From a virus (lineage: Duplodnaviria; Caudoviricetes): 64,000 nt of DNA. Below are positions 52,468-61,642 of the stretch, piece by piece. Numbering within the stretch: position 1 is the first letter of the stretch; every line of letters starts with the position of its first letter. Location: IMG/VR virus record IMGVR_UViG_3300037067_007554, positions 1 to 64,000 of that record; one strand, 5' to 3'. A program made the translations under genes and the position numbers. The notes under the pieces were generated by a model that saw only the letters and a list, made by a program, of their open reading frames with translations, did not search any database and was not told where the DNA came from.

Positions 52468-53568
52468 ATGACGGTGCAGCCCCTCGTCAATTACAACCGC
52501 ATCGAGCCAACGGACGCCTCCCCGCTGCTGGCCCTGCCTTTCGGCGACTTCTCCGGCGCTCTCTATCAGCCGTTCATCGCGTACTCCGTGTCCTATCGCC
52601 ACACCGCCGCCCAGCGAACGCTCCCCTGGATTCGCAGCATGAACCGCGATACCTTTCCCATGACGACCGAGGAGACGGTCCGCTGGCTGAAGGAAAAGCA
52701 CAACGTTCACGCCAACGGCAAAGAAATCGTCCGATGGGAGGAGGCCGCATTGAACTGGGTTCGCCCGATAGGGACAACGGCCTGGCCGTACATCCGCGTG
52801 TCGGAACGCAGGTCAAGTTTCAGTGGAATCTCCCTAGAGACGCAGCGAGCGGAAATTGTCCGGTACTACGCCAGACGATTCACGGACGGGACGATCGGCA
52901 TGGGGCCTGTATTCTCCGACCCGTCCGTCAGTGCCTCCAAGACAGAGTTCCGCCATCGACGCGGCGGCATGGCCCTATCGCTGCTGATACGACCCGGAGA
53001 TCACATCCTTTTTGCGAGACTGGACCGTGGGCTGCGGTCTGTTTACGATGCCTCCGTGTGCTGGCACGAATACTGGCAACCAAAGAACATCACGCCCCAC
53101 TTTCTCGACCTTGGCATCGACCTGACGACGGCCCATGGGCAACTGGTCTTCAACATCATGGTAGCCGTTGCCCAGAGCGAGAGCGATATCAAGTCAGAGC
53201 GGATGAAGGGCATCGTCAAGACGATGAAGGAAAACCACCGTCCCATGGCCTACGCTCCACTGGGCTGGAAGAAACAGGGGCAGGGCAAGAACGCTCGCCT
53301 GGTAAAGGATGAGCCCACACGGGTCATCATGCGGGAAATTTACCGCCTTCGCGAAGAGGAGCACAAGTCCTTCTGGCAGATCAGCGACATCATCGAGCAA
53401 CGCATCTGCCAGTTCGCGGGTCGCCTCTACACGAAGTCGGCATGGCAACCTAGGCTGTGGAACTACAAGCGGTGCGAGAAGGCATGGTTCAGGTGGGGCG
53501 AGATTCTTAGGGATGAGTACCTGCGAGTCCCTGCGTCAGAGAAACCGCCGGCGATAGAGGGGAGTTGA
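52468..53568 (+). CDS. serine recombinase (resolvase/invertase catalytic domain + recombinase-like C-terminus) with an N-terminal extension of about 105 aa
   Basis: YIRVS catalytic motif, SLETQ, FSDPSVSA, RLDRGLRS, IDLTTAHGQLVFNIMVAVAQSE, APLGW. Confidence 0.88.
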   Translation: MTVQPLVNYNRIEPTDASPLLALPFGDFSGALYQPFIAYSVSYRHTAAQRTLPWIRSMNRDTFPMTTEETVRWLKEKHNVHANGKEIVRWEEAALNWVRPIGTTAWPYIRVSERRSSFSGISLETQRAEIVRYYARRFTDGTIGMGPVFSDPSVSASKTEFRHRRGGMALSLLIRPGDHILFARLDRGLRSVYDASVCWHEYWQPKNITPHFLDLGIDLTTAHGQLVFNIMVAVAQSESDIKSERMKGIVKTMKENHRPMAYAPLGWKKQGQGKNARLVKDEPTRVIMREIYRLREEEHKSFWQISDIIEQRICQFAGRLYTKSAWQPRLWNYKRCEKAWFRWGEILRDEYLRVPASEKPPAIEGS

Positions 53569-54297
53569 CTCTTCTTCTGCCCTGCCAGCAAGAACCGGCA
53601 CCGTCTCTGCCTCGCGATGGTAGAGGGCATCGGCATCTTCTGCCGTGCGTCCCCAGGGTAGGTCCGGGTACTCAATGATGTTTACCTGGCACGTTACCGT
53701 CACCGCAATCTGCAAGGGCGAGACGGAGATGATTCGGTCAAGAGCAAGTGCTGGAGGGACAACAGTAACGGTCACTGCCAGAGGATTCAAACTGACAGAA
53801 ACCGCCTTGGTAATCGTGGGCTGAACAATAGTTGCTGCGATTAGCAGCGGTGAGACAGAGACCGAAACCCCCACCGCAATCGTCGGAGGAACAACAGTAA
53901 TAACACAAGGCAATGCCGCCAGCGAGACCGTCGTGCCTACAGAGACCGTCGGAGGAACGATAGTCGCTTGAATCTGAACAGGACTTGGGGTGACAGTCAC
54001 CCCGACGGAGACGGCCGGGGGGACCACGGCGATTGCCAGGGAGACTGCTGGCAGGCCAACCGTGGTCCCCGCCGAGACCGCTGGAGGAACAACTGCAACG
54101 GCTAACGGCATGGGAGGCGACGAAACAGTCACCCCTACCACAATCGCAGGCGGGACTACCGTGGCTTGAATCGCCACGGGGTCTGGTGTGACCGTCACGC
54201 CGACCAAGATTGCTGGCGGTACAACGGTGACCATAATCGCAATCGGGTCAATCCCGAGCGATGCAGTGACGCCAGTCCCAATGTACCACCACCACAT
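53536..54297 (-). CDS. Val/Pro/Thr 22-aa-repeat virion fibre protein
   Basis: About 9 repeats of P...(V/I)TVVPPA(I/V).VG.TV. Confidence 0.65.
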   Translation of the reverse strand: MWWWYIGTGVTASLGIDPIAIMVTVVPPAILVGVTVTPDPVAIQATVVPPAIVVGVTVSSPPMPLAVAVVPPAVSAGTTVGLPAVSLAIAVVPPAVSVGVTVTPSPVQIQATIVPPTVSVGTTVSLAALPCVITVVPPTIAVGVSVSVSPLLIAATIVQPTITKAVSVSLNPLAVTVTVVPPALALDRIISVSPLQIAVTVTCQVNIIEYPDLPWGRTAEDADALYHREAETVPVLAGRAEEESTPLYRRRFL

Positions 54298-54311
54298 GGG
54301 CCAACCCTACA

Positions 54312-54758
54312 TCACGCCTGGGCGAGTTGGAACATGATGGTCACCTGAAACGCCCCGCCACCAGTTGCCACAGGCAACAAGCCGCCAGAATCCGTGTCGA
54401 TGTAGGCCACCAGGATGTCATCGGCTGGCGTGGCATCACTGCCACCCACCTGCTGGTAGACAATGATGGCTTTGGCCGTCTGCCCAGCAGCTACGTTGCC
54501 GAAGTTGATGGTATCGCAGCCCAACTCTACCCGGTCGTTGGGGTCATCCTGAGTGACGGTGGGAGTTGCCAGCGTCTGCCGGGAGTAGCCAGCCGCCGTC
54601 AGTTCCACGAGCCCCGTCAGGTCAGCCACGTCAACGTGGTCCGGGTCGGGCGTATAGGCGGAGGTGCTCCGCTCCAATAACGCCCGAAAGACACTGGTTT
54701 CCCAGTTGATGGTTTTACTAAGGCCAGTCGCAAAGGCCGTATAGAGGATGTTCGCCAC
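54312..54758 (-). CDS. minor tail/virion protein
   Basis: AAGGAG RBS + GTG; ELTAAGYSRQTL..LVAYID pattern of phage tail proteins. Confidence 0.7.
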   Translation of the reverse strand: MANILYTAFATGLSKTINWETSVFRALLERSTSAYTPDPDHVDVADLTGLVELTAAGYSRQTLATPTVTQDDPNDRVELGCDTINFGNVAAGQTAKAIIVYQQVGGSDATPADDILVAYIDTDSGGLLPVATGGGAFQVTIMFQLAQA

Positions 54759-54769
54759 ATTATTCTCCT

Positions 54770-55705
54770 TTATGCTTCGATTCTTCCGATGATGCAAAAC
54801 GTCACGCCATTGGCCGGGGCAGAAGTGAGGGCGGGGGTGACGGTGATGGTCTTGGTGGCTTGGTCATAGTTCGAGATGCGGCGTGCCTGCCCTGTCAGAA
54901 CCCCACTCGTGAACACCAGGACACTGCCGCTGTAGAAGTCGTCCACTGCTGATGCCAAGTCGGTGATGAACGCCGTCGTGCTTGCTCCGGCATCGTTGAC
55001 CGTGCCGGTTATCAGGGCGTCGGGGATGCGAGTTAGAAGCTCCGTCGTGCCCGCCGTGTCGTCACCCGCGTAGGTGCTCGTACCGACGCTCGCCGGAAAT
55101 GTCGTGCCACCGGCATCCACGGTCACGCCCTTCGTCTTGATCGTCTCCACGTCCACCTTCTGTGTCGTCGGCACACCTACCAAGTGATCCGCGTCTACGG
55201 CCAACGTGTTGGCCGGCGTGGCGGACCGGACCAGCTTGGCGTTGCCATAGTCGGCGTGCGCCACCACAGCGTAGGAATCGCCGGTCTGGTCCGTGCTCGC
55301 CGTGTAGGGATCTTTGTCCACCAGCGGGATCACGAAGTCGGTCTCGGCGGCCCCGGCTGCCCCGCTGATGCTCACCAACAGGCTCTTGGCCCCGGAGACG
55401 GCGAACCGGGCATCAGCAAGCTGGAGTTCGTAGATGCCCTTCATGTTCGTGCTGTCCACTTCCTTGAAGCGGCAGCAGGAGGCCGACGGCGCGGCGTAGG
55501 TGCCGAGCGTGCTGATGTCCTCGATGTGGGTGGCGGCCGATGTGTAGACGGTGGCCGATGCCTCGTTGTCGGCCTTGGTTGCAATGACCAGCCCCGACGT
55601 GTTGTAGGCGAGCCCAGTCTTGCCTGCCCCTGTAGCGACTGACGAATCGAGAATCTTCAGGAGTATGATGACAGAGGTTTGGCCGCGTTTGTAGCTTAGG
55701 AGCAT
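54770..55705 (-). CDS. virion structural protein (Thr/Ala/Gly-rich)
   Basis: GIYELQLADARFA, GQARRISNY..ITV motifs; start re-called at MLLSYKRG. Confidence 0.65.
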   Translation of the reverse strand: MLLSYKRGQTSVIILLKILDSSVATGAGKTGLAYNTSGLVIATKADNEASATVYTSAATHIEDISTLGTYAAPSASCCRFKEVDSTNMKGIYELQLADARFAVSGAKSLLVSISGAAGAAETDFVIPLVDKDPYTASTDQTGDSYAVVAHADYGNAKLVRSATPANTLAVDADHLVGVPTTQKVDVETIKTKGVTVDAGGTTFPASVGTSTYAGDDTAGTTELLTRIPDALITGTVNDAGASTTAFITDLASAVDDFYSGSVLVFTSGVLTGQARRISNYDQATKTITVTPALTSAPANGVTFCIIGRIEA

Positions 55706-55995
55706 GGTTTGCCCTTGTCTGGCGAGTCGGGATTGTTGTGAATGCCCTCGCCGATTATGCAGTGCAGCGATTGGTCGCAGTACGGACACCAGCCAGTGCC
55801 AGTCCGCTTGAACACCACGTCATCGACCTGCGTGACCGGCAAACTAACTGTCTGTCCCGAGCATTCAAATGTGAGCATGGAGATCGCGCCCGGGCACGAG
55901 GTCTGCTCGCCATCAGAAACGCCAAGCGTTACCGAAAGGTGATTCGCGTCGTACAGTCTGTTACGCGACTTGACCGTAAAACTTGCTCGCTGCAT
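55696..55995 (-). CDS. hypothetical protein
   Basis: Operon-tiling ORF; WCPYC. Confidence 0.5.
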   Translation of the reverse strand: MQRASFTVKSRNRLYDANHLSVTLGVSDGEQTSCPGAISMLTFECSGQTVSLPVTQVDDVVFKRTGTGWCPYCDQSLHCIIGEGIHNNPDSPDKGKPCS

Positions 55996-55998
55996 CGC

Positions 55999-57117
55999 TT
56001 ATCCTCCGATTCCCATGCCGATCATGCCGCCCTGCATCAGCCGGCGGGTGTAGTGCGGAAACGGGCCGCCAACCGAAGGCGTCTCTTCTCCGCCCCAGGT
56101 CTGGGCGTTGTCGGCGTCGGCGATGTTGCTGTGCTCATATGCCAACCAGGCAGCAGAGCGGCCCGTTGCCGAAACTCGCACCTCGTCCATTCCGCCGTAC
56201 CACAGCCGCGTGTCGGAATCGACGAATTTGCCGATTCGATATGGCCTGGCACTGACGGCAAACAGGTTGCCAATGCCTTCCTTCGCCGCCGACTGGGCAA
56301 CGCCATCCCAGTACAAATCGCACGTTCCACCGTTGATCCAGACGGCAGCTATGTGGTGCCACTCGTCGGCGTTGAACGCGATGGCCTTACTAAGCGATCC
56401 GGCTGTTTCTGCGGTATTGTTTGAAAAGTCGAAGTAGCACTTGCCGAGCGAACCCTCATAACGCAAATAGACTCGGGGGTAATACGCCGTCGTAGACCCG
56501 TGGAGCAAAATGCTCATCACGTAAGAGGTCGTGCTGGCCACGGCCGGCTTGATCCACGCCTCGATGGTGACCGCACCAGCCGTCGCGTAGTCTCGCGTTA
56601 CGTTGCCCGTGTAGATAAAATCGTCGCTGTGGTCGAAATTGGCTCCGCCGCCGACCTTGCCGGCAATTGCCGTCGCACCGCTCACCGTGCCGTCGTAGCC
56701 GTGATTCGTGGAATCAAGGGCCGAAAGCGTGCTGCCGTCCGGCAGGTGATACACGCCGTCGAAGTAACTGTCCCACGCGTTCGTCGGGTCGTCCTGGTCG
56801 CTTCCGGGGTCGTAGCCGTAGCAAACCTGGACCGTGTTCTGGTCGCCGGTGGGGCTGGCGTAGGCGTCGGGCAGTTTCACCCAAATCAGGGCATTGGCGT
56901 AGCTCGCACCCTCTGTGTACGACTCCTGCTCATAGGACAGCAGGTTGCCGAGCCAGTCGTAGATTCTGTACCGCTTGCTCGCCATGTCGGCGTTGGCAAT
57001 GGCCTTCGCATCGTTCAGCACCAACAAGAACGGGAAGTCCGCGACATTCGCAGTGGGACTGTCCACCACGATGTTCTGCCACTTCGGGTACAGTACGTCT
57101 TGCTGGGCTACGGTCAC
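55999..57117 (-). CDS. DUF2341 + LamG/concanavalin-A-like domain protein (putative receptor-binding protein)
   Basis: FPFLLV..IWVKLP..YG (DUF2341-like); TIEAWIKP, WHHIAAV, LYWDG, IG, MDEVRVS..RSAAW (LamG). Confidence 0.8.
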   Translation of the reverse strand: MTVAQQDVLYPKWQNIVVDSPTANVADFPFLLVLNDAKAIANADMASKRYRIYDWLGNLLSYEQESYTEGASYANALIWVKLPDAYASPTGDQNTVQVCYGYDPGSDQDDPTNAWDSYFDGVYHLPDGSTLSALDSTNHGYDGTVSGATAIAGKVGGGANFDHSDDFIYTGNVTRDYATAGAVTIEAWIKPAVASTTSYVMSILLHGSTTAYYPRVYLRYEGSLGKCYFDFSNNTAETAGSLSKAIAFNADEWHHIAAVWINGGTCDLYWDGVAQSAAKEGIGNLFAVSARPYRIGKFVDSDTRLWYGGMDEVRVSATGRSAAWLAYEHSNIADADNAQTWGGEETPSVGGPFPHYTRRLMQGGMIGMGIGG

Positions 57118-57121
57118 GCGA

Positions 57122-57466
57122 TTACCCCAACTCTGCGATCTTCGCCACCACGGCGGCGGCCCCGAACTTTTCGACCGCCGCGAAACACGCCAGCCCCGCG
57201 TCGGCCATCGCCTTGACGGGGGTGGCGTCGGCCAGCATCAGGCCCAACTCTTCCTTTGCGGCCTTCCACGCGGCCGAATCGGGACTGGCCGCAAGCCCCG
57301 CGTCGATGGCCTCGACCACTTCGGCATAGGTCGCGGCCATGGCCCCAACGCGGTTGCTCGACTGCTTGAGCGTCTTCGCCACGCTGTCCAGTTCCTGCCG
57401 GCTGCGGTCAACGTCCTGTGCCGGGTTGCCCAGCCGAGCCTTCACCTGTGAAAACAACATAGCCAT
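57122..57466 (-). CDS. Ala-rich helical hypothetical protein
   Basis: AAGGAG RBS before ATG 57466. Confidence 0.65.
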   Translation of the reverse strand: MAMLFSQVKARLGNPAQDVDRSRQELDSVAKTLKQSSNRVGAMAATYAEVVEAIDAGLAASPDSAAWKAAKEELGLMLADATPVKAMADAGLACFAAVEKFGAAAVVAKIAELG

Positions 57467-57492
57467 CGCTTCTCCTTTGCGGCCTCGCCGCG

Positions 57493-57987
57493 TCAAATAG
57501 TTTCAGTCACCAGGGCCCGGGTTGCATCCAACTGGGCCATGAACTCCTTCGTGTGCGTCTCCCAGTAGCCTCGCATCCAGCGGTCCCGGCTCTTGCTGAT
57601 CTGCTCATAGTTGTCGCCGAGCGGCGTACCGTCGGCACTCCGCTCCACGATGTGCGGGCAAACGCCATCATCCAGCCCGGCAAGGTAGGCCTCGCGCCCG
57701 GCCTGATACTCCGGGGTCAAGGTCAACTCGGTGTGGGTGGCATCGGTTGGGGTCACTGGCTCTGAACGGCGGAATGGACTTCTCATTCTCGGGGTCTCCT
57801 TGACATCTTCGCGAATCTTCTGGCTCAACACGGCGGCATCGTACCAGGTGAAACTCAGTTTCGGGTTCGACGCGAATCGCCCCAGGACTCTCAGCGTCTC
57901 CGCGCGACTGGAGTCGTCGTAGAGAAACACGTAGCGCTCCATCCCCTTGACGAGTGCCAGCACGTTGATCTCGGCGGAAGCGGCCAC
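57493..57987 (-). CDS. fusion of a planctomycete-type conserved domain and an Rmf/CrpP-like C-terminal motif
   Basis: INVLALVKG.ERYVFLYDD..ETLRVLGRFASNP.LSFTWYDAAVLSQKIR; YQAGREAYLAG..CP..RDRWMRGY. Confidence 0.6.
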   Translation of the reverse strand: MAASAEINVLALVKGMERYVFLYDDSSRAETLRVLGRFASNPKLSFTWYDAAVLSQKIREDVKETPRMRSPFRRSEPVTPTDATHTELTLTPEYQAGREAYLAGLDDGVCPHIVERSADGTPLGDNYEQISKSRDRWMRGYWETHTKEFMAQLDATRALVTETI

Positions 57988-57988
57988 A

Positions 57989-58294
57989 CTACCCTCCGTG
58001 CAGCATGGACCAGGCCAGAGTCCCGACGACTGTTATCACACCACCGACAATGGCCGACACGACCGCCTTGAACAGCGACCACCCGCCCTTGCGGACTTCC
58101 TGTACCACGCTATCACGAGTCTCCAACCGCTCGATCCGTGTGACCAGGCCAGGCTGCCCATTGCCGTAGAGAGTCCGGTGGTGCTCGACTTGCTGGGCAC
58201 GGCAAGCGTCGTGTTTCGTCATCTCGACCGTCAGAATCTCGATTGCTCGGTCCTGCTTTTCCTCGATTCGCTCAAGGCGTTCGTCCGTCGTCAT
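57989..58294 (-). CDS. coiled-coil protein with C-terminal TM (holin/XhlA-like candidate)
   Basis: RLERIEEK..LYGNGQPGL..RIERLE then a hydrophobic helix. Confidence 0.6.
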   Translation of the reverse strand: MTTDERLERIEEKQDRAIEILTVEMTKHDACRAQQVEHHRTLYGNGQPGLVTRIERLETRDSVVQEVRKGGWSLFKAVVSAIVGGVITVVGTLAWSMLHGG

Positions 58295-58379
58295 CGCTTA
58301 CCTCATGCTCGCGTTGATGTTCAACAGCCCGGGGCGGAGGGAAGTCGTCGAAGCCCCGCCCCGGGCGCCGCGTCTACGT

Positions 58380-58535
58380 TCACGTCTTGGCAGCCGGCTT
58401 CGGATCGCCATTCTCCAACCATGCCTCGACCGCGGCTACCGTCGCCTTTGCTTCCGCCAACGCAGTGTCGATGGACTTCTTCGTGTCCGCGCTTGCGGCG
58501 TCAAACGCACGCTCTCGCAACTTCTTCGCGTCCAT
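58380..58535 (-). CDS. small helical hypothetical protein
   Basis: GGAGG RBS before ATG 58535. Confidence 0.5.
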   Translation of the reverse strand: MDAKKLRERAFDAASADTKKSIDTALAEAKATVAAVEAWLENGDPKPAAKT

Positions 58536-58583
58536 GTTGGCCGCCTCCAAAAGGATTCGCAGGGTTCGCAATAGGTCGGGCAG

Positions 58584-59018
58584 TCAAACAGGCAAGGCCG
58601 TCTTTGCCGCAGCCCCGGCCGCGATGCCAATGAGTTTCGCACCCTCTTCCATGTACGGCTTCAGCGCGTTGAAGACCTCAAGCCGCCGGTCAGGGTCCAG
58701 CACGGCCTTGCCCAACTGCACCCTGAAGGGCTTGCGGAGCACGTCGAGGCGAGTCTCCTTGTCGATGAGGCGGTCTTGCAGGGCTTTCAAGCCATTCCAA
58801 GCACCAGAAATATCGCCAATGGAGTACGCCTGCAACGGCTTGGCAGATTCGACGTAACCTTCCTCGACGAGCACGACCGCCAGGTCGGCGGCTCGGTTTC
58901 GCCTGGCTTCCACCTTGTCGTCAACTCGCCAGAACATCTTGACGAGCCCGACAACCACGATGATCGAAAGCACGATGACGGCAATCTGATAACCGTCCAT
59001 TCCGAGAAACGCAAACAT
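58584..59018 (-). CDS. N-terminally anchored membrane protein
   Basis: GAGGAG RBS; IAVIVLSIIVVVGLV TM then a helical domain. Confidence 0.7.
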   Translation of the reverse strand: MFAFLGMDGYQIAVIVLSIIVVVGLVKMFWRVDDKVEARRNRAADLAVVLVEEGYVESAKPLQAYSIGDISGAWNGLKALQDRLIDKETRLDVLRKPFRVQLGKAVLDPDRRLEVFNALKPYMEEGAKLIGIAAGAAAKTALPV

Positions 59019-59051
59019 GGGTATCTCCTCATGAGTCGATGGGGTAATTGG

Positions 59052-59699
59052 TCAGGTACGGTTCTTCCAGCCGATCACCGCCGCAACGGCGCCGGCCGCA
59101 ACGCAGAGCAGTCCGAGTAGAATCCAGAAGTCTTGCTCGGGCGCCTCTTCCTCTTCCGGCTCCGCGGGTTGCGACACGACGTTGACCGGGATCGTGACCC
59201 CGGGCGGCGTGACCACGGGCATCGGCTTCGGCTGGGGCAGCGGCTGGGGCTTTTTCCCGTGCCGCTCCAGGTAACGCTCGGCACGGTCAACCTTGCGCTC
59301 CACCACCGCGGCGCGCCACCTCTTGAAGAATCCCTTGATGGCCGTAGGAGAATGCGGGGTTGTCGGACCAGCGGCTATTGCGCAGAGCCGCCCGTCCTCG
59401 GCTACCTGGTAGATGATGGCCGGCACGTAAGGCACGCTCGGAGCCAGGTTCTCTTTGTACACCGGATCGGTCTCGGTGTAGATGTTGAAATTGGCCTGGC
59501 CGGCCATGGCGGCGAGCGTCGGGTCCGCCTGAAACGCTGCAATCATCTCCTGCTCCTCAGCCGTGGCAGGATCGTGCGTGACCAGCGTCAGAAACGGCTT
59601 CCCGCCATCCTGTGGCAGTTCCTTGACCCACGCCTCCGGCTCGGCGAACGCCGGGCAACACAACATCAGCAGCACACAGAACGCGATGAGAGGTCTCAT
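59052..59699 (-). CDS. secreted protein with C-terminal TM anchor
   Basis: AAGGAGGAG RBS; signal peptide MRPLIAFCVLLMLCCPAFA; Pro-rich linker; FWILLGLLCVAAGAVAAVIGW. Confidence 0.7.
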   Translation of the reverse strand: MRPLIAFCVLLMLCCPAFAEPEAWVKELPQDGGKPFLTLVTHDPATAEEQEMIAAFQADPTLAAMAGQANFNIYTETDPVYKENLAPSVPYVPAIIYQVAEDGRLCAIAAGPTTPHSPTAIKGFFKRWRAAVVERKVDRAERYLERHGKKPQPLPQPKPMPVVTPPGVTIPVNVVSQPAEPEEEEAPEQDFWILLGLLCVAAGAVAAVIGWKNRT

Positions 59700-59724
59700 G
59701 TCCTCCTCCTTTGAAAAAGGGTTG

Positions 59725-60291
59725 TTACCAAGGTCTCGGCGGTAGCGGCGTACCGATGATGGCAAGAGCAACACCGCCGTCCGCGTCTTTCCACTCGTTA
59801 AGAAACTCGGCCTTCGGCATCCGACGAACGCGGCTCGTGTTGTTGTTGTCGATCAGACAGGCTTGTCCTCCGGCGTACCCGCAGAACGTAATCGCATGGG
59901 CCCCGCCTTGCCAATGGATCACTGCCGGCCGTCGCGTCCGAGAGCACCACTCTAGCACAGACTCTTCTCCCTTGAACGTGGCGACGTAGGGAATGCCAGC
60001 CCGATCTAACTCGGGCATCAGGTTCCAGGCGTTCGCCCCGCCAATGTGGTTCTGCGTCCACCATCGGGCAAGTTGTCTCTGCCCGGCCCCGGTCAGTGCG
60101 TCGGCCGTCGCGGCATGGAGGCACGATCCGCCGCGTCCGTAGTTGTCCGTCCGCAAGGCTGTGGGCAGCATGACGGGCGGGTTGTCCACAAACGGGTTCG
60201 GCCGCGCGGGGTCCAATGGTGGTTTGTACGGCTTCGCGTGGTGGCAGCCGGCGAAGACAACGAGAATGACCACAACGACGAATCGTTTCAT
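59725..60291 (-). CDS. lipoprotein with C39-like papain-fold cysteine peptidase domain
   Basis: Lipobox VFAG-C; GSCLHA (Cys), GAHAI (His), LIDNN. Confidence 0.7.
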   Translation of the reverse strand: MKRFVVVVILVVFAGCHHAKPYKPPLDPARPNPFVDNPPVMLPTALRTDNYGRGGSCLHAATADALTGAGQRQLARWWTQNHIGGANAWNLMPELDRAGIPYVATFKGEESVLEWCSRTRRPAVIHWQGGAHAITFCGYAGGQACLIDNNNTSRVRRMPKAEFLNEWKDADGGVALAIIGTPLPPRPW

Positions 60292-60836
60292 GGGGATGCC
60301 TCCACTCTTTCACATGACCGGAATACGACGTTGATTACGGGGCCGTTCCATGGTTTCGACCTGGGCAACCCGGCGGTCAAACCGGCATGCTCCACACCGA
60401 GCGGCGGAATCGAAGTCTCCCCATCATCCGGCCCTTCGTTCAGAACCGAATCCCGAATCCACTTGGCGTAAGCCTCTTCGGTGTCGTATGGGGGAGCGTA
60501 CTGCGTCTTTCCATGCCGCCCACATTCCGCGTTCCACTTACGATCAGCGTCGATGTATCCCTGGTGATAGGGCAAGCGTTCAGCGGGAGTAAGGGACGCC
60601 CAGCACTCCTGGCACAACGGGAATCTCCCCGCTGTCTTATGAAATGGTTTCCACCAATAGCTATCGCCGCACCGTTTGCAGGTGGCGTATTCGAGGGCAT
60701 CTCCACGGGCGTTGAGGTAGACCTTGCTGGAATTCACGCCCGACGCCTTGCCGACCAGAAACCAGACATAGCAGGCAGAGCCCCAAACGAGCGTCGGAAT
60801 GCAGACCGCCACAAGGATAAATCTGAGTAGTTTCAT
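60288..60836 (-). CDS. membrane-anchored protein with Zn-finger motifs
   Basis: N-terminal TM; CKRC..CQEC; ATGA overlap. Confidence 0.6.
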   Translation of the reverse strand: MKLLRFILVAVCIPTLVWGSACYVWFLVGKASGVNSSKVYLNARGDALEYATCKRCGDSYWWKPFHKTAGRFPLCQECWASLTPAERLPYHQGYIDADRKWNAECGRHGKTQYAPPYDTEEAYAKWIRDSVLNEGPDDGETSIPPLGVEHAGLTAGLPRSKPWNGPVINVVFRSCERVEASP

Positions 60837-61114
60837 GACCTTTCCTCCCTTGGTCGGCACCTTCCATCCGGGCAACAGCCACCGTCGCAGTCCGGCGTCA
60901 CGATGGGCATAGGCTTCCGGTCCGGGGTCTTCGGGCATGGCAACCCAGGGTGGAACCGGGCGCAGATCGGGCAGAGGCTCTCGGCCTGTTGGGCAGGCGG
61001 ATCGAGCGTCTTCGCCTTGCGGGCTGGCCGGCAACCGAACACGGCAAACGAGCCCACCAGTTCTAGGACGAAGAGCCAAACGAGCCAAAGTAATGCTTCC
61101 CTAAATGTTTTCAT
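60833..61114 (-). CDS. Pro/Cys-rich membrane or lipoprotein (o-spanin-like candidate)
   Basis: Hydrophobic leader ending AVFG-C; P/C-rich tail. Confidence 0.5.
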   Translation of the reverse strand: MKTFREALLWLVWLFVLELVGSFAVFGCRPARKAKTLDPPAQQAESLCPICARFHPGLPCPKTPDRKPMPIVTPDCDGGCCPDGRCRPREERS

Positions 61115-61200
61115 CAGGAAACTCCAAACACCACCAAGTGTACGAGCAAGGCGACAAGTACCTTGGCCACGGACAGCAAGAATTCGGCAAAATCGTCCAC
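61114..61200 (-). CDS. 28-aa TM peptide
   Basis: GAGGT RBS + GTG; MDDFAEFLLSVAKVLVALLVHLVVFGVS; stop overlaps the next ATG. Confidence 0.5.
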   Translation of the reverse strand: MDDFAEFLLSVAKVLVALLVHLVVFGVS

Positions 61201-61208
61201 AGATTACC

Positions 61209-61349
61209 TCAACACGGGGAGAATCTGTTGTTCACCAGGCTCTCCAACAAGAGGCGAATACTGTGCGACCAATCGCAAAGCATCCACCCCAGAGCGAAGA
61301 ACAGAAACAGGAGCATGACGGTAGCGAGTGAGACCTGTCTGTCTGTCAT
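61209..61349 (-). CDS. 46-aa TM peptide
   Basis: GAGGTGA RBS; MTDRQVSLATVMLLFLFFALGWML.. Confidence 0.5.
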   Translation of the reverse strand: MTDRQVSLATVMLLFLFFALGWMLCDWSHSIRLLLESLVNNRFSPC

Positions 61350-61353
61350 GGGC

Positions 61354-61632
61354 TCACCTCACCCGCACTCGGACGCGGCCACGCGGACGGACGACGACGG
61401 ACGTGCGACCGTAAGGGTATGCCGGCGGGGCAGTCCACCATGAACGCCACGGGTACGCCACGATGGGCACAGGCGGGGATGATACAGTGACCGATACCCC
61501 CGGCGCCTGGACGACCAGCGGCGCCGACTGGACGACGTTGCACGCCAGTACGATGATCGCCACCACAAAGAACGTCAGGGCGAACTGCCAAAACGGGAGA
61601 GCGGGTGTGCCTTTCACGACTTTCATTCGCAT
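61354..61632 (-). CDS. secreted Val/Pro/Arg-rich small protein
   Basis: AAGGAGG RBS; signal/TM then VVVRPRGRVRVR. Confidence 0.6.
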   Translation of the reverse strand: MRMKVVKGTPALPFWQFALTFFVVAIIVLACNVVQSAPLVVQAPGVSVTVSSPPVPIVAYPWRSWWTAPPAYPYGRTSVVVRPRGRVRVRVR

Positions 61633-61642
61633 GACTTCCTCC

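Noticed and set aside
26775-53568. Genome-wide stop-codon reassignment (TGA or TAG) to explain the in-frame stops
   Set aside because: Many genes end in TGA with ATGA/GTGA translational coupling (7511, 11141, 14293, 18361, 27680, 27940), several end in TAG, and the long genes are intact under code 11.
53536-57117. Invertible tail-fibre segment or DGR target next to the recombinase
   Set aside because: No oppositely oriented fibre duplicate, flanking inverted repeats, reverse transcriptase or TR/VR pair is visible in the window.
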